DNA of 64,000 nt, taken from the NCBI GenBank assembly GCA_964291395.2, contig OZ219856.1, positions 832,001 to 896,000 on the forward strand, in the 5' to 3' direction. Shown piece by piece: positions 10,238-18,960 of this stretch. This stretch comes from Alphaproteobacteria bacterium. GTDB taxonomy: Bacteria; Pseudomonadota; Alphaproteobacteria; UBA2966. The stretch's first letter is position 1. Every line of letters starts with the position of its first letter. Position numbers and translations under genes: made by a program. The notes below the pieces were generated by a model that saw only the letters and a program-made list of their open reading frames with translations, did not search any database and was not told where the DNA came from.

Positions 10238-10567
10238 TCACTCACGAGCTGGACCGGCCGGTGGGTAGTGGATGAGGCCCAGGGACCGCAGGCTGCCGCG
10301 CGTGTTGTTGAAGGCGCCGGCGCCCGCCTCGTAGCCGGCTAGAAACCCGTCGTCGTCGAACCAGCGGTCGTGCCTCGCCTCGGTGAGCACCACGTGTACC
10401 CTGTTGCGTAAAGTGACCTGGAGCACCTGAAGAGGCGTGTACAGGACCTCGGAAAGACGCGTGTTCAGAGCATAAAGATCGAGCGCACGGTCACGATCGC
10501 CGGCGGCCCAGCCGAGATACCTGGAAAAACGCTCAAGAGACAGGGTGGCTTCAAAATCGGAATTCAC
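10238..10567 (-). pseudogene. truncated Abi-like (Abi_2/AbiF-type) protein fused to an unrelated fragment
   Basis: LSLERFSRYL...ALDLYALNTRLSEVLYTPLQVLQVTLRNRVH is a typical Abi-like N-terminus. Similarity stops after about 77 aa, so the C-terminal HEPN motif is missing. Confidence 0.7.
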
Positions 10568-10587
10568 GGCGACACCCCATTCTGGGG

Positions 10588-10616
10588 TTGTCCTCTCATC
10601 GGTGTGGACCTATATC
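10588..10616 (+). promoter_or_regulatory. sigma70-type promoter divergent from the Abi-like gene
   Basis: TTGTCC-17nt-TATATC directly upstream of a stable hairpin. Confidence 0.5.
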
Positions 10617-10621
10617 TTCCC

Positions 10622-10675
10622 ACGGACACCCCGGTACCGCCTCTGCCCTCGGCACGCGGCCGGGGTAAATTTTTC
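10622..10675 (+). ncRNA. candidate small structured RNA associated with the Abi-like gene
   Basis: ACCCCGG/CCGGGGT outer stem, CCGC/GCGG and TGCC/GGCA inner stems, then AAATTTTTC. Has its own promoter. Confidence 0.45.
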
Positions 10676-10778
10676 TTGGGGTAAGCCCGTCCTCTCCCTG
10701 CCGAGTCTTTCCGCCCCAGTACGTCTTCGCGCCGGCGCTCGCGCTGACGTTGTAGATCCTCCTGAGCCCCCGTCTCCC

Positions 10779-11120
10779 TCATAACTGCCCTATTTCCCTG
10801 CTGCTGTCTTCAGCAGATACAGCTGCAGACGCGCCATCTCCCGGTTCGACGATGAGCCGTCCTCGCCCGCGCCTGACCAGGTAGCCGCCGCGCCTGATCC
10901 GGAGCCTGTCTTGCTGGACGAGCGGCCAGAGCGCGTCCGTGATCGTCTCGATATTCTTGTCCGCCTTTTCGACCTTCGCCTGCGAGGCAAGCCACTCGGC
11001 GAACGCCCGCTCTCCGATATCGGGGCCCACCGACTTGCGCAGCACGTTCAGCTTACGGAACTGCCCCTTTGTCAGCGTGCTCTCGTCAATCGAGCTCGCG
11101 GTTGTCCCGAAATCCGTCAT
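10779..11120 (-). CDS. hypothetical basic protein
   Basis: ORF MTDFGTT...LTKGQFRKLNVLRKSVG...RGGYLVRRGRGRLIVE with a GAAGGG RBS. Confidence 0.7.
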   Translation of the reverse strand: MTDFGTTASSIDESTLTKGQFRKLNVLRKSVGPDIGERAFAEWLASQAKVEKADKNIETITDALWPLVQQDRLRIRRGGYLVRRGRGRLIVEPGDGASAAVSAEDSSREIGQL

Positions 11121-11521
11121 CAGGTTACCCCTTCTCATGCCTTCACTTCGTATGTCATGTCGGCTTTCCTGCCGCGCCGGCGATCTCCTCGGGATAGGTA
11201 ACATTCGCCTATTTAGCGCAGAACTCCACTACCCACCACCAAATGTTGTGGCGAAACTGCGGCGGTTTGACTAGGCTCGAATGAGAAACCGCGCCTGTTG
11301 GCGACTGGCGCGGCCCTCAAAAGGTTGCCCTGGGAGATGTGCCGTCTCCAAGGGCAGGCATTCGGTTAGCCGCCGAGCTCAAGTGCAGGAGCAAGCAAGC
11401 GTGAATGCCCTTGGAGATTTGCCCAGGTGCCCGCTCTTTCCACCCCTTCCCCGAAAGGTTTTGCCGGCGATTCGGCCCGGCCTCCGGTCCACGGAAGAGA
11501 ACGGCAAGAGGAGGGTGTGTG

Positions 11522-11851
11522 ATGACTCGTGCGCCTGATTTCGGGGATGCCACCTTGAGCACAACCACTCTGGACCACTGGCCGGCCATATACGGCCCAA
11601 CGCCGCCGGGCGAGGAGGTGGCGTCCGCCGCGGTGGAGAAGAGCCTCGCGGTCAAGCTGAACCAGGCCTACATCGCATGGCTCAGGCGCGCCGTCCTGCC
11701 GGAGGACCCGACCGACTGGGCGCGGATGGCGGTCATAAGGGACTGGCGCTCGTTCCGCAAACGCTATCTCGCCCTGGAGGTCATCGAGGGCGGCAAGGCG
11801 GGCCTGTCCGGAGGGGAGGCGCGCCATGAGCGCATTACGGACGGTGCCTGA
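11522..11851 (+). CDS. hypothetical protein
   Basis: GAGGAGG RBS before the ATG at 11522. Protein-like composition ending LEVIEGGK. Confidence 0.6.
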   Translation: MTRAPDFGDATLSTTTLDHWPAIYGPTPPGEEVASAAVEKSLAVKLNQAYIAWLRRAVLPEDPTDWARMAVIRDWRSFRKRYLALEVIEGGKAGLSGGEARHERITDGA

Positions 11852-12004
11852 GGGCGGACTGGCCATGCCTTCAGGCGCTCAGGCCGCCGGGCGGGGTCTC
11901 CATGTGAGAAAACTAAGCCACCCCGCCCGGCAGCTGATACCGGTTCCCGGGGAGCCGAGGACCAGGTCCGGAAGGTTAACGATGCGCCCTTTGGATGAGA
12001 CGGC

Positions 12005-12160
12005 ATGATCGGCCGCCTCTTCTATGTGGCTCTGGGCTTCTCGATCGGATGGGTTGTTTTCGACCATCCGATGATCGCCAATGAGGTCTGGGAGAGTATG
12101 AGCCCGCTTGTGGAACAGTTTGTGTCCGTGCTCGCGGCTCTGGTGGCCCGTCTCGCATGA
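12005..12160 (+). CDS. small putative membrane protein (51 aa)
   Basis: MIGRLFYVALGFSIGWVVFDHP...VLAALVARLA. Too short for the ORF track. Confidence 0.4.
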   Translation: MIGRLFYVALGFSIGWVVFDHPMIANEVWESMSPLVEQFVSVLAALVARLA

Positions 12161-12173
12161 GCACCCGCCTCCA

Positions 12174-13055
12174 TCAGGGCAGGAGGCGTTTCATACGGTC
12201 CAAAATGCCAGGCGAAATGTCTTGCAAGCTGTCCGGAACGGCGTTCCGCCAAGCCTCACGCCACGAGTCTGGAATGTCCTCCCAGCCAGGCAAATCAGGA
12301 ACATATTTTTTGTACTCTCTCCATTCCTTGCCAGGATAACTCTTCCACGTCCCAACTGCGTGCTCCACTGCCAGATCGGGCCTCACGCAATAATCGATGA
12401 GCTCGCTTCCTACCTCCGCTTCCGGCGTGCCGGCTGCCTTCTGGATTTCATCCATATCCCGGATGGTCGCGCACAGGTCCTTGATTTCCCACATGGTGAG
12501 ACCGCCGACGATGGCGATGCCTGCGTAGGGCAGGGCTTTCCCCGGTGCCGTGAGGATGCTCCGGCCGACCGATGCGACCAGACGGTCCCGAGACTGTTTC
12601 GCGGCCTTGCCGCTCGTCGTTCTCAACGCTGCCAGTTTCCTGCCCTGCCTTACCGAATCGGTGTGTAAGTCGTTCAAAGCCTTGCTCCGCTTCGCGGCGG
12701 CCGCTCTCAGGGCGGTAATCTCCTTTCGCTGCTTCGCCGTAAGAGCTTTCAACGCGGCAATCTCCCGGCGCTGCGTTGCCGCAACCCCTCTCAAGGCGGA
12801 CAGCTCCCCGCGCTGCTTTGCGGCAACAGCTTTCGAGGCGGCCAAGGCTCTAGCCTGCTTCGCGGAAGCAGCCTTCGCGGCGGTCAAGGCCCTGCGCTGC
12901 GTTACTGCAGCGGTGGTGAGGCCGAACGCTCCATCCACGAACTCATCGACGATGCTGTAGACGACCCCGCCGACAAACAACGTCACATTGGCGACGAGAG
13001 ACGCCACCAATGCAGTCGCCACGACAAGGCTGCGCGACAAGCGGACGGCTTTCAT
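12174..13055 (-). CDS. membrane-anchored coiled-coil hypothetical protein with 14-aa repeats
   Basis: N-terminal hydrophobic segment, about six AAxQRxExxALxA repeats, and a second hydrophobic segment (ALPYAGIAIVGGL). GAGGAG RBS. Confidence 0.75.
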   Translation of the reverse strand: MKAVRLSRSLVVATALVASLVANVTLFVGGVVYSIVDEFVDGAFGLTTAAVTQRRALTAAKAASAKQARALAASKAVAAKQRGELSALRGVAATQRREIAALKALTAKQRKEITALRAAAAKRSKALNDLHTDSVRQGRKLAALRTTSGKAAKQSRDRLVASVGRSILTAPGKALPYAGIAIVGGLTMWEIKDLCATIRDMDEIQKAAGTPEAEVGSELIDYCVRPDLAVEHAVGTWKSYPGKEWREYKKYVPDLPGWEDIPDSWREAWRNAVPDSLQDISPGILDRMKRLLP

Positions 13056-13290
13056 GCGTTACTCCTCTCCTTACCCTTCTCCAAGCATACCCCGGCACGC
13101 TCCTCGCAATAGCTGCGGCCGGTCACGGAGGGTTTGCCGCAGACCTCCCAGTGCCAGGCTTTGCTCGTGGCTTCCCAGCGCCATCCGTTGCCGCACCCGG
13201 AGCGGCAGGGGAGGGGAGGGACGCCCGTTCACCGGCTTTCTCCGCCCTCTCACGGCCACGGGTCGGCCTCCGGCACGGGGTAGATCCTCC

Positions 13291-13735
13291 TTACCAGACG
13301 ACAGCCATGGCTCCCACCGCCACCAGCAGCCATTGCGCCACCCGGCGGTAGAGCGCGGCCGACGTGCCGCGAAAGACCCGTGAGCCGATCCAGACGGTCG
13401 CCAGGTAGGCCGGCAAATAGAGCGATATCTTCAACAGGTCGCTCGCCGCCAGGCCGCCTGCGGCTGCGAGGTAGCCAAAGCCCGCCATGGTGAGGGCGCC
13501 GATGACGACGATCAGGTTGGCCCGAACCGCCGCGACGGGCTCTGTCGAGGAGATCAGATAGAGCGTGGCGATCGCACCGCCCACGCCGCCGAGCCCCGTC
13601 GCCAGTCCGCTGGCGGCGCCGACAATGCCATTGATCGCCGTCGTCCGGGGTCCCCGCCAACTCCAGCCATGGAGCATGGAGAACCCGGCGGCCAGCACGA
13701 ACAACCCGATCCCCCCGCGGATCCGACCCGTCCCC
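13291..13735 (-). pseudogene. C-terminal fragment of a TauE/SafE sulfite exporter
   Basis: GAASGLATGLGGVGG...VRANL and hydrophobic helices. The 5' part is cut off at the 72-bp repeat. Confidence 0.7.
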
Positions 13736-13807
13736 CAGCCGATCCGTGTAGACGGCCTCGATGTCGAGCTTTACGCCACTGTCCGCCGCTGCCGCGTCCT
13801 CGCCGAG
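13736..13807 (+). repeat. 72-bp direct repeat, copy 1
   Basis: 70/72 identical to 15271-15342. Confidence 0.95.
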
Positions 13808-13891
13808 ATGCTGAGCGACTGTGCGGTGATGCGGCAGGCTCGGGCGTGCCCTGATCACAAGACCAGGTAGGGCCAGCAAGCCCACATCGGT

Positions 13892-14311
13892 TCAGGAGAA
13901 GGGAGTCTGGCCCTCTATCAATTCGTGGGTGCAATCGAGCGGCGGAATACGCGCCAGGATGCCGCTTCGTATGCTCGGCGGCCGCTTGTTACGCTCCACG
14001 AACCCATCGCTTCGCGACAGCCACGTCCGGACTGCTACAAGAACATCGCTGACGTGGCATGCCGGATCCAGGTCGCCGAACAGGTATGTGAATCGGTCGC
14101 GATGCGAGAACGCAACAACGCAGGGGCGCAAACACTGACTCATGCAGCGTACGCGGCGCAGATTGAAAGGTGGCGGCAATACTGCATCGGATAGGGACTA
14201 TTGCAATGCACTCGCCAGCACCGCGCCGGGGCGCTCGCGGTTTGCAGTGTCTTGCCAGCCCTGCGGTCGACAGCGCGTGCATACCGAAATGGCCGGTAGC
14301 TCAATATTCAT
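13892..14311 (-). pseudogene. DUF1636-family Cys-rich protein with an in-frame TAG
   Basis: ISVCTRC, then RCMSQCLRPCVVAFS, FTYLFGDLDP and ILARIPP. In-frame TAG at 14198-14200. ATGA overlap with the upstream gene. Confidence 0.8.
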
Positions 14312-15021
14312 GATAGCGGCGTCTCGTGTTCGACGCCTCTCGGCCACGGCTCCGGAGATGCGGCCGATGGCTTGTTGAGGGAGAGCAGCAATCGCGTGCA
14401 GCCGGTGCCCGCGATCGGCGGCGAACGGTGCACGATTCCGCTGCCTGATCCGGCGGAGTTTCCCTTGAAAAACGCCACGTCGTTGCTGCGGATGTGCTCT
14501 AACGGTCCTTTGAACAGCTTCTGTGCGTGCAATGCCCGCTCGGCGTGGATCGGTTGGACCCACTCGGTGGCGGGACCGCGGTACGTTGTCAGGAGGCGCG
14601 CCTCCACGCAGTCCTGGTGGAACTTCCAGCAGGCATCGTTGCTGATGCGCTTCAGCCTTACATCAACGAGATCACTTCGGGCGATGCCGGCAAAAGCCGA
14701 GACGAGATCATCGACGTCCCCGATCAGCAGGTCTCGCATGTCTCCCGGAGGCATACCACAGTGGTCCAATTGCGGTTCCATCGCTCGTCGAAGGTCGCTC
14801 GGTTGGACAAGAACACGAAGGTCAGGAAGACACGAGGCATCCATTCGGTCGAGCCAGGTTTGCAGGCACAAGGGAAGCGCGCGCCGCCAGATCACGAGCC
14901 TTATGTTGGGCTTGTTGATGGCGGCAAGGCCTTCCGCCGCGTCGCACGTCGCGATGTCCACGCCCGACGTGGCGGAGGTCCTGACGGACTTATCTTCCAG
15001 GGATACCGACGGGACGGTCAT
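14308..15021 (-). CDS. DUF1826-family protein (2OG-Fe(II) oxygenase-like)
   Basis: LVIWRRAL, ACWKFHQDCVEARLLTTYRGPATEW, VAFFKG, IVHRSPPI, RLLLSL. Confidence 0.88.
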   Translation of the reverse strand: MTVPSVSLEDKSVRTSATSGVDIATCDAAEGLAAINKPNIRLVIWRRALPLCLQTWLDRMDASCLPDLRVLVQPSDLRRAMEPQLDHCGMPPGDMRDLLIGDVDDLVSAFAGIARSDLVDVRLKRISNDACWKFHQDCVEARLLTTYRGPATEWVQPIHAERALHAQKLFKGPLEHIRSNDVAFFKGNSAGSGSGIVHRSPPIAGTGCTRLLLSLNKPSAASPEPWPRGVEHETPLS

Positions 15022-15043
15022 AACGGCTCGGTCCGCTTCCGAT

Positions 15044-15064
15044 TAATGCAATATTATAACATTA
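15044..15064. promoter_or_regulatory. Zur box overlapping the -10 element of the DUF1826 promoter
   Basis: TAATGTTATAATATTGCATTA (minus strand) is close to the ATGTTATAwTATAACAT Zur consensus. It overlaps TTGCGC-16nt-TATAAT. Confidence 0.75.
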
Positions 15065-15270
15065 TATATTCAAAGCGCAATGGACATCGAGGCCATGACG
15101 CTCCCGTCGACCGGCCTCGGCCCTGCACCGATTCCAACCGCCGCGGGCAGCATGCGCCGGTTGAACGGGTTGCGCTGGCGATGTCCCTCTGCAGCGCGCG
15201 CGGAGTACAGCTTACGACTGAAGCCGTTTCAGGGGCGCCGTGATCAGACCGGGTGCCGGCTTGTGGCCCG

Positions 15271-15342
15271 CAGCCGATCCGTGTAGACGGCCTCGATGTC
15301 GAGCTTCACGCTACTGTCCGCCGCTGCCGCGTCCTCGCCGAG
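15271..15342 (+). repeat. 72-bp direct repeat, copy 2
   Basis: 70/72 identical to 13736-13807. Confidence 0.95.
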
Positions 15343-15416
15343 TTTGATCTGGGCGGGTGTGAGCTGGACGCCGGCGGCCACGATCGCGTCCTCGAGGCGA
15401 AGCGTGTGGTGACGAG

Positions 15417-16576
15417 GTGCGGCCTGTGACGGCGCTCGTCACGATTGTTCTCATGGTCATGCTGGCATTCGCCGGCGCGAGAGCCGATGGCGTGGGCTTC
15501 CGCGATATTGTCGTCGAGGTTGAAGGCGAGAAGCTGATGACCGCGCTTTGGTATCCGACCGACGCGCCTTCTGGACGGACGGCCATCGGTCTCTTCACCA
15601 TGAACGCGACCCGGGGAACACCGGTCGGTCCCGGTCGGTACGGTCTGGTCTTGATATCGCACGGGACCGGCGGGGGCCGTCTGAATCACCGTGGCACGGC
15701 GATCCGTCTTGCTGAGAGCGGTTACGTCGTGGCCGCACCGGCACATGGCGGAGACAACTGGCAGGACGATAGATACAGCGGCACGTCGGCCAATTGGCGG
15801 CGACGCCCGCGCCAGCTGGGCGCTGTCCTGGAACATCTCCTGGGGGACGCCGAGTTCGGCCGACGCATCGACCCTGAGCGTATTGGAGCTGTCGGACACT
15901 CGGCAGGCGGCCACAGCGTGCTCGCCTTGATTGGCGGAAGGTCGGACATGGCCGTGCTTGCACGGCATTGCACACGGCATCGCGAAAAGGATCCGGTGTT
16001 CTGTGGCTACGGCCGTCCCGACGAACGCGCCGAGGGCATGATGCCTGACCTTTCGGACCGGCGGGTCGGTGCTGTCGTGGCTGTCGCGCCGGTCGGGGCT
16101 CTCTTTGGCGACGGTGCTTTCACGGGTGTCGACGGCATTGCACACGGCATCGCGAAAAGGATCCGGTGTTCTGTGGCTACGGCCGTCCCGACGAACGCGC
16201 CGAGGGCATGATGCCTGACCTTTCGGACCGGCGGGTCGGTGCCGTCGTGGCTGTCGCGCCGGTCGGGGCTCTCTTCGGCGACGGTGCTTTCACGGGTGTC
16301 GAAGTGCCGGTGCAGATCCATCGCCTCGAAGGCGACAGGGTTCTGCGCAGGCCCTGGCACGAGGACAACATCATGAAACTGATGGGCAGAAACGCCAGTT
16401 TGGTCCGCCATCCGCAGGCCCACCACTTCGCTTTCCTGTCGCCGTTTCCAGACGCTTTGATCGGTGAAGTTGGCGCGCCGGCGCGCGACCCGGCGGGTTT
16501 TGATCGCCGCGCGTTCCTCTCCAAGATCGATAGGCAGATTCTGAGGTTCTTCGACGGCGCTCTGCCCGGGTCTTGA
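15417..16576 (+). pseudogene. secreted alpha/beta hydrolase (dienelactone hydrolase-like), frameshifted by a tandem duplication
   Basis: Signal peptide, LWYPT, ISHGTGG, GHSAGG nucleophile and HHFAFL. Split over two ORFs by a 170-bp duplication. Confidence 0.82.
15962..16301 (+). repeat. 170-bp tandem duplication
   Basis: 15962-16131 is repeated at 16132-16301 with two substitutions. Confidence 0.95.
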
Positions 16577-16725
16577 TTGGGGCCGAGGCTCGACGGTATC
16601 CCCTGCGCGGTTTACCCCGGCGATGAGTAGCATCCGTACCGAGGAGGCAGCGCCGTGCGCCGCCGCCCGGTGGAGGGGTGTGGCCCCGCTTATCGCCCCG
16701 CGCTTTTCGATATGGGAGGGTTGTC

Positions 16726-17043
16726 ATGGTCGCTTATCTCGTTGCCCTGGGTCGCGTGCACAAGCCCGAGGTGCTGCCCGAGCACGAACGGCACACGCCC
16801 GCTGTCGTTGCGGCGTTTGGTGGACGCTATCTCGTCCGGGGCGGGACGATGGAGACGTTGGCCGGCGACATCGAGGACAGGCGCGCGGTCGTCGTCGAGT
16901 TTCCCGATATGGACCGGGCGCGCGCGTTCTACGAGTCACCCGGCTATCAGGACGCGCGGAAACGCCTGGGCGACGCGATCACGGCGGACATGTTCTTGTT
17001 GGAAGGCTTCGAGCCCGATGGGGCTCCGCACTCGGGCTCATGA
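16726..17043 (+). CDS. DUF1330-family protein
   Basis: AFGGRYLVRGG, VVVEFPDMDRARAFYESPGYQ. GGAGG RBS. Confidence 0.88.
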   Translation: MVAYLVALGRVHKPEVLPEHERHTPAVVAAFGGRYLVRGGTMETLAGDIEDRRAVVVEFPDMDRARAFYESPGYQDARKRLGDAITADMFLLEGFEPDGAPHSGS

Positions 17044-17292
17044 CCTCGCCTGCGGAACGCGGGGCGGCGCCGAAGCTTGGTTTCCGGGCAATCGGGATGC
17101 AGGTCGCGAGATCGAGGCCCGCAAGCAGGAGATCCGGACTGTTGACCGGCGCGCAGGTCAGCCGTTCAGCGCGCTGACTCGTTGATTTCGGGCGATCCTG
17201 TGGGGTCGAAGTCGGGTGCCGAACGACACTGGGAACCTCGGGAAAGCGGACTTCGCGGCAGCTGAGCCGATGATTGTTCGCGCGGACCGAGC

Positions 17293-17382
17293 GACCCGCG
17301 CACCGGCGAGCGCATCGCCATCGGCCCGTCGTCCGGGGTGTCGTTCAAGGCCGGGAAGGCACTCAAGGATGCGCTGAACTGA
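17293..17382 (+). pseudogene. C-terminal remnant of an HU/IHF DNA-binding protein
   Basis: DPRTGERIAIGPSSGVSFKAGKALKDALN* with no N-terminal half. Confidence 0.8.
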
Positions 17383-17544
17383 ATGGGGCTGATCGGTGTC
17401 GGTTCGACTTTCCTTGGGGCCTCGGGTGAGGTGGACGCCGTCAGGCTCTCCGGGCAGGACGATCGGGGGCGGACTTGTCGGCGGGAGTGCCGTTGACCGG
17501 ATGGACTTGCCTCAAGCATGGTGCTCACTGTTGAAGGACGCGTC

Positions 17545-17757
17545 ATGGCCGCAGAAACGACCTACAGATATCGCTTTAAGGTGGACGGGAAGGTCGTGCA
17601 TTGCGGCATCACGGCGGATCTGGTGCGCCGCGAGCGCGAACACCGCCGCCGGTGGCCGACGGGCCGCATTGAGCAGGTGGGGCCGGCGACCACGCGCGAA
17701 GAAGCGTGGCATTGGGAGAGGCAGCAGGCCGAGCAGCGGTTCAGCTCTGCGTCCTGA
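17545..17757 (+). CDS. small protein with a GIY-YIG-like pattern
   Basis: YRYRF...VHCGITADLVRREREH...EEAWHWE. GAAGGA RBS. Confidence 0.6.
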   Translation: MAAETTYRYRFKVDGKVVHCGITADLVRREREHRRRWPTGRIEQVGPATTREEAWHWERQQAEQRFSSAS

Positions 17758-17809
17758 TGTCTTCGCATGAATCGTCCCCGGGGGATGCGGACACCGCGCA
17801 GACCCTCTC

Positions 17810-18065
17810 CCGCAATCGTGTCTGGTCATGGGCGCCGGGTTCACCCGCGCGTTCGTTCCCGGCGACGGACATGGCTGCGCGGACGTTGTTCTCCGAAGCG
17901 CTGAAGGACCTCCCGCGAGACGACATCAACGTCGTCAATCTGGGCCGCGATGATTCGGATGCTGAAATGACGCGCAGACGCTATCGATCGGTGTTCGGCG
18001 ACATCCCCGATGAACGGTTCCATTTCGACGGCGCTCTGGAATGGCTGCGACATCTGACTTCGTAG
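17810..18065 (+). pseudogene. internally deleted SIR2-like protein remnant
   Basis: CLVMGAGFTRAF (N-terminal SIR2-type motif) is joined out of frame to SFPATDMAARTLF...INVVNL (C-terminal type motif). Confidence 0.5.
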
Positions 18066-18168
18066 CCCGGCCGCCGCCGGGCAGGAAGGGGTTGGGCGGC
18101 GGCCCCTTTTACGCGGCCGTATCCGATAGATCGCATCGGCTATGGTAGAATTCGTTCATGGTGAGGAA

Positions 18169-18945
18169 ATGGACGTGCGGATGGGTGATCGGCTGAGAGG
18201 GAAGGTAGCCGTCGTCACCGGCGCGGGTTCGGGCATCGGCCGGGCGACGGCGGCGCGGTTCGCCGCGGAAGGCGCGAGCGTCGTGATCGCCGACGTCGAC
18301 GAGTCCGGCGGTCGGGAAACGCTGGGCGACATAGAGCGGGCGGGCGGCACGGCGGCGTACATCCCCACCGACGTGGCCCGGTCCGGTCAGGTCGAGAAGA
18401 TGATCGACGAAACGCTCGACCGGTTCGGCGAGCTGAACGTCCTGGTGAACTGCGCCGCCGCGCTCGTCAATACGCCGCTGCTGGAGGACACCGAGGAGGC
18501 GCACTGGGACCGGATGATGGAGGTGAACCTCCGGGGCACGTTTCTCTGCTGCAAGCACGCGCTTCCCGCCATGCGGGAGTCGGGCGGGGGCGCCATCGTC
18601 AACGTGGCCGCGATGTCCGCGTTTCGGGGGCCGACGCCGTCGATTCCATACGAGGTCGCCAAGGCCGGGGTCGTTCATTTGACGAAGGCGTCGGCCTGTC
18701 AGTACACGCCGCTCGGCATACGCATAAACTGCATCGCGCCGGGCAACGTCGAGACGCCGTTGTTGCGGCGGGGAACGGGAGACGCCGGGTCCTGGGCGCG
18801 ACGCCGGGAAGCGCAGCCGATGAAGCGTTTCGGCCGCCCGGAAGAATTGGCGAACGTCATCCTCTTTGCCGCCTCGGACGAGGCTTCGTGGATCAGCGGC
18901 GTGACGATCATCGTCGACGGCGGCAAGTGGGCGGCCTTGCAATAG
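18169..18945 (+). CDS. SDR family oxidoreductase
   Basis: TGAGSGIG, VNCAA, YEVAK, IRINCIAPG, VDGG. Confidence 0.92.
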   Translation: MDVRMGDRLRGKVAVVTGAGSGIGRATAARFAAEGASVVIADVDESGGRETLGDIERAGGTAAYIPTDVARSGQVEKMIDETLDRFGELNVLVNCAAALVNTPLLEDTEEAHWDRMMEVNLRGTFLCCKHALPAMRESGGGAIVNVAAMSAFRGPTPSIPYEVAKAGVVHLTKASACQYTPLGIRINCIAPGNVETPLLRRGTGDAGSWARRREAQPMKRFGRPEELANVILFAASDEASWISGVTIIVDGGKWAALQ

Positions 18946-18960
18946 GGAGGCAGGCGGAAC

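Larger units (their letters stand above)
4289..18065. mobile_element. decayed accessory/defence island (boundaries approximate)
   Basis: Integrase remnant at the left edge, lower-GC defence genes, and many gene fragments and hypothetical genes between intact metabolic genes. Confidence 0.55.

Noticed and set aside
14198-14200. In-frame TAG in DUF1636 as possible pyrrolysine or readthrough
   Set aside because: It falls in a variable linker, there are no pyl genes in view, and the surrounding island is decaying. A nonsense mutation is simpler.
18069-18110. GC stem-loop with a T-run at the right edge of the island as an att site or tRNA
   Set aside because: No cloverleaf and no matching copy found at the left edge. 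At most a weak terminator.
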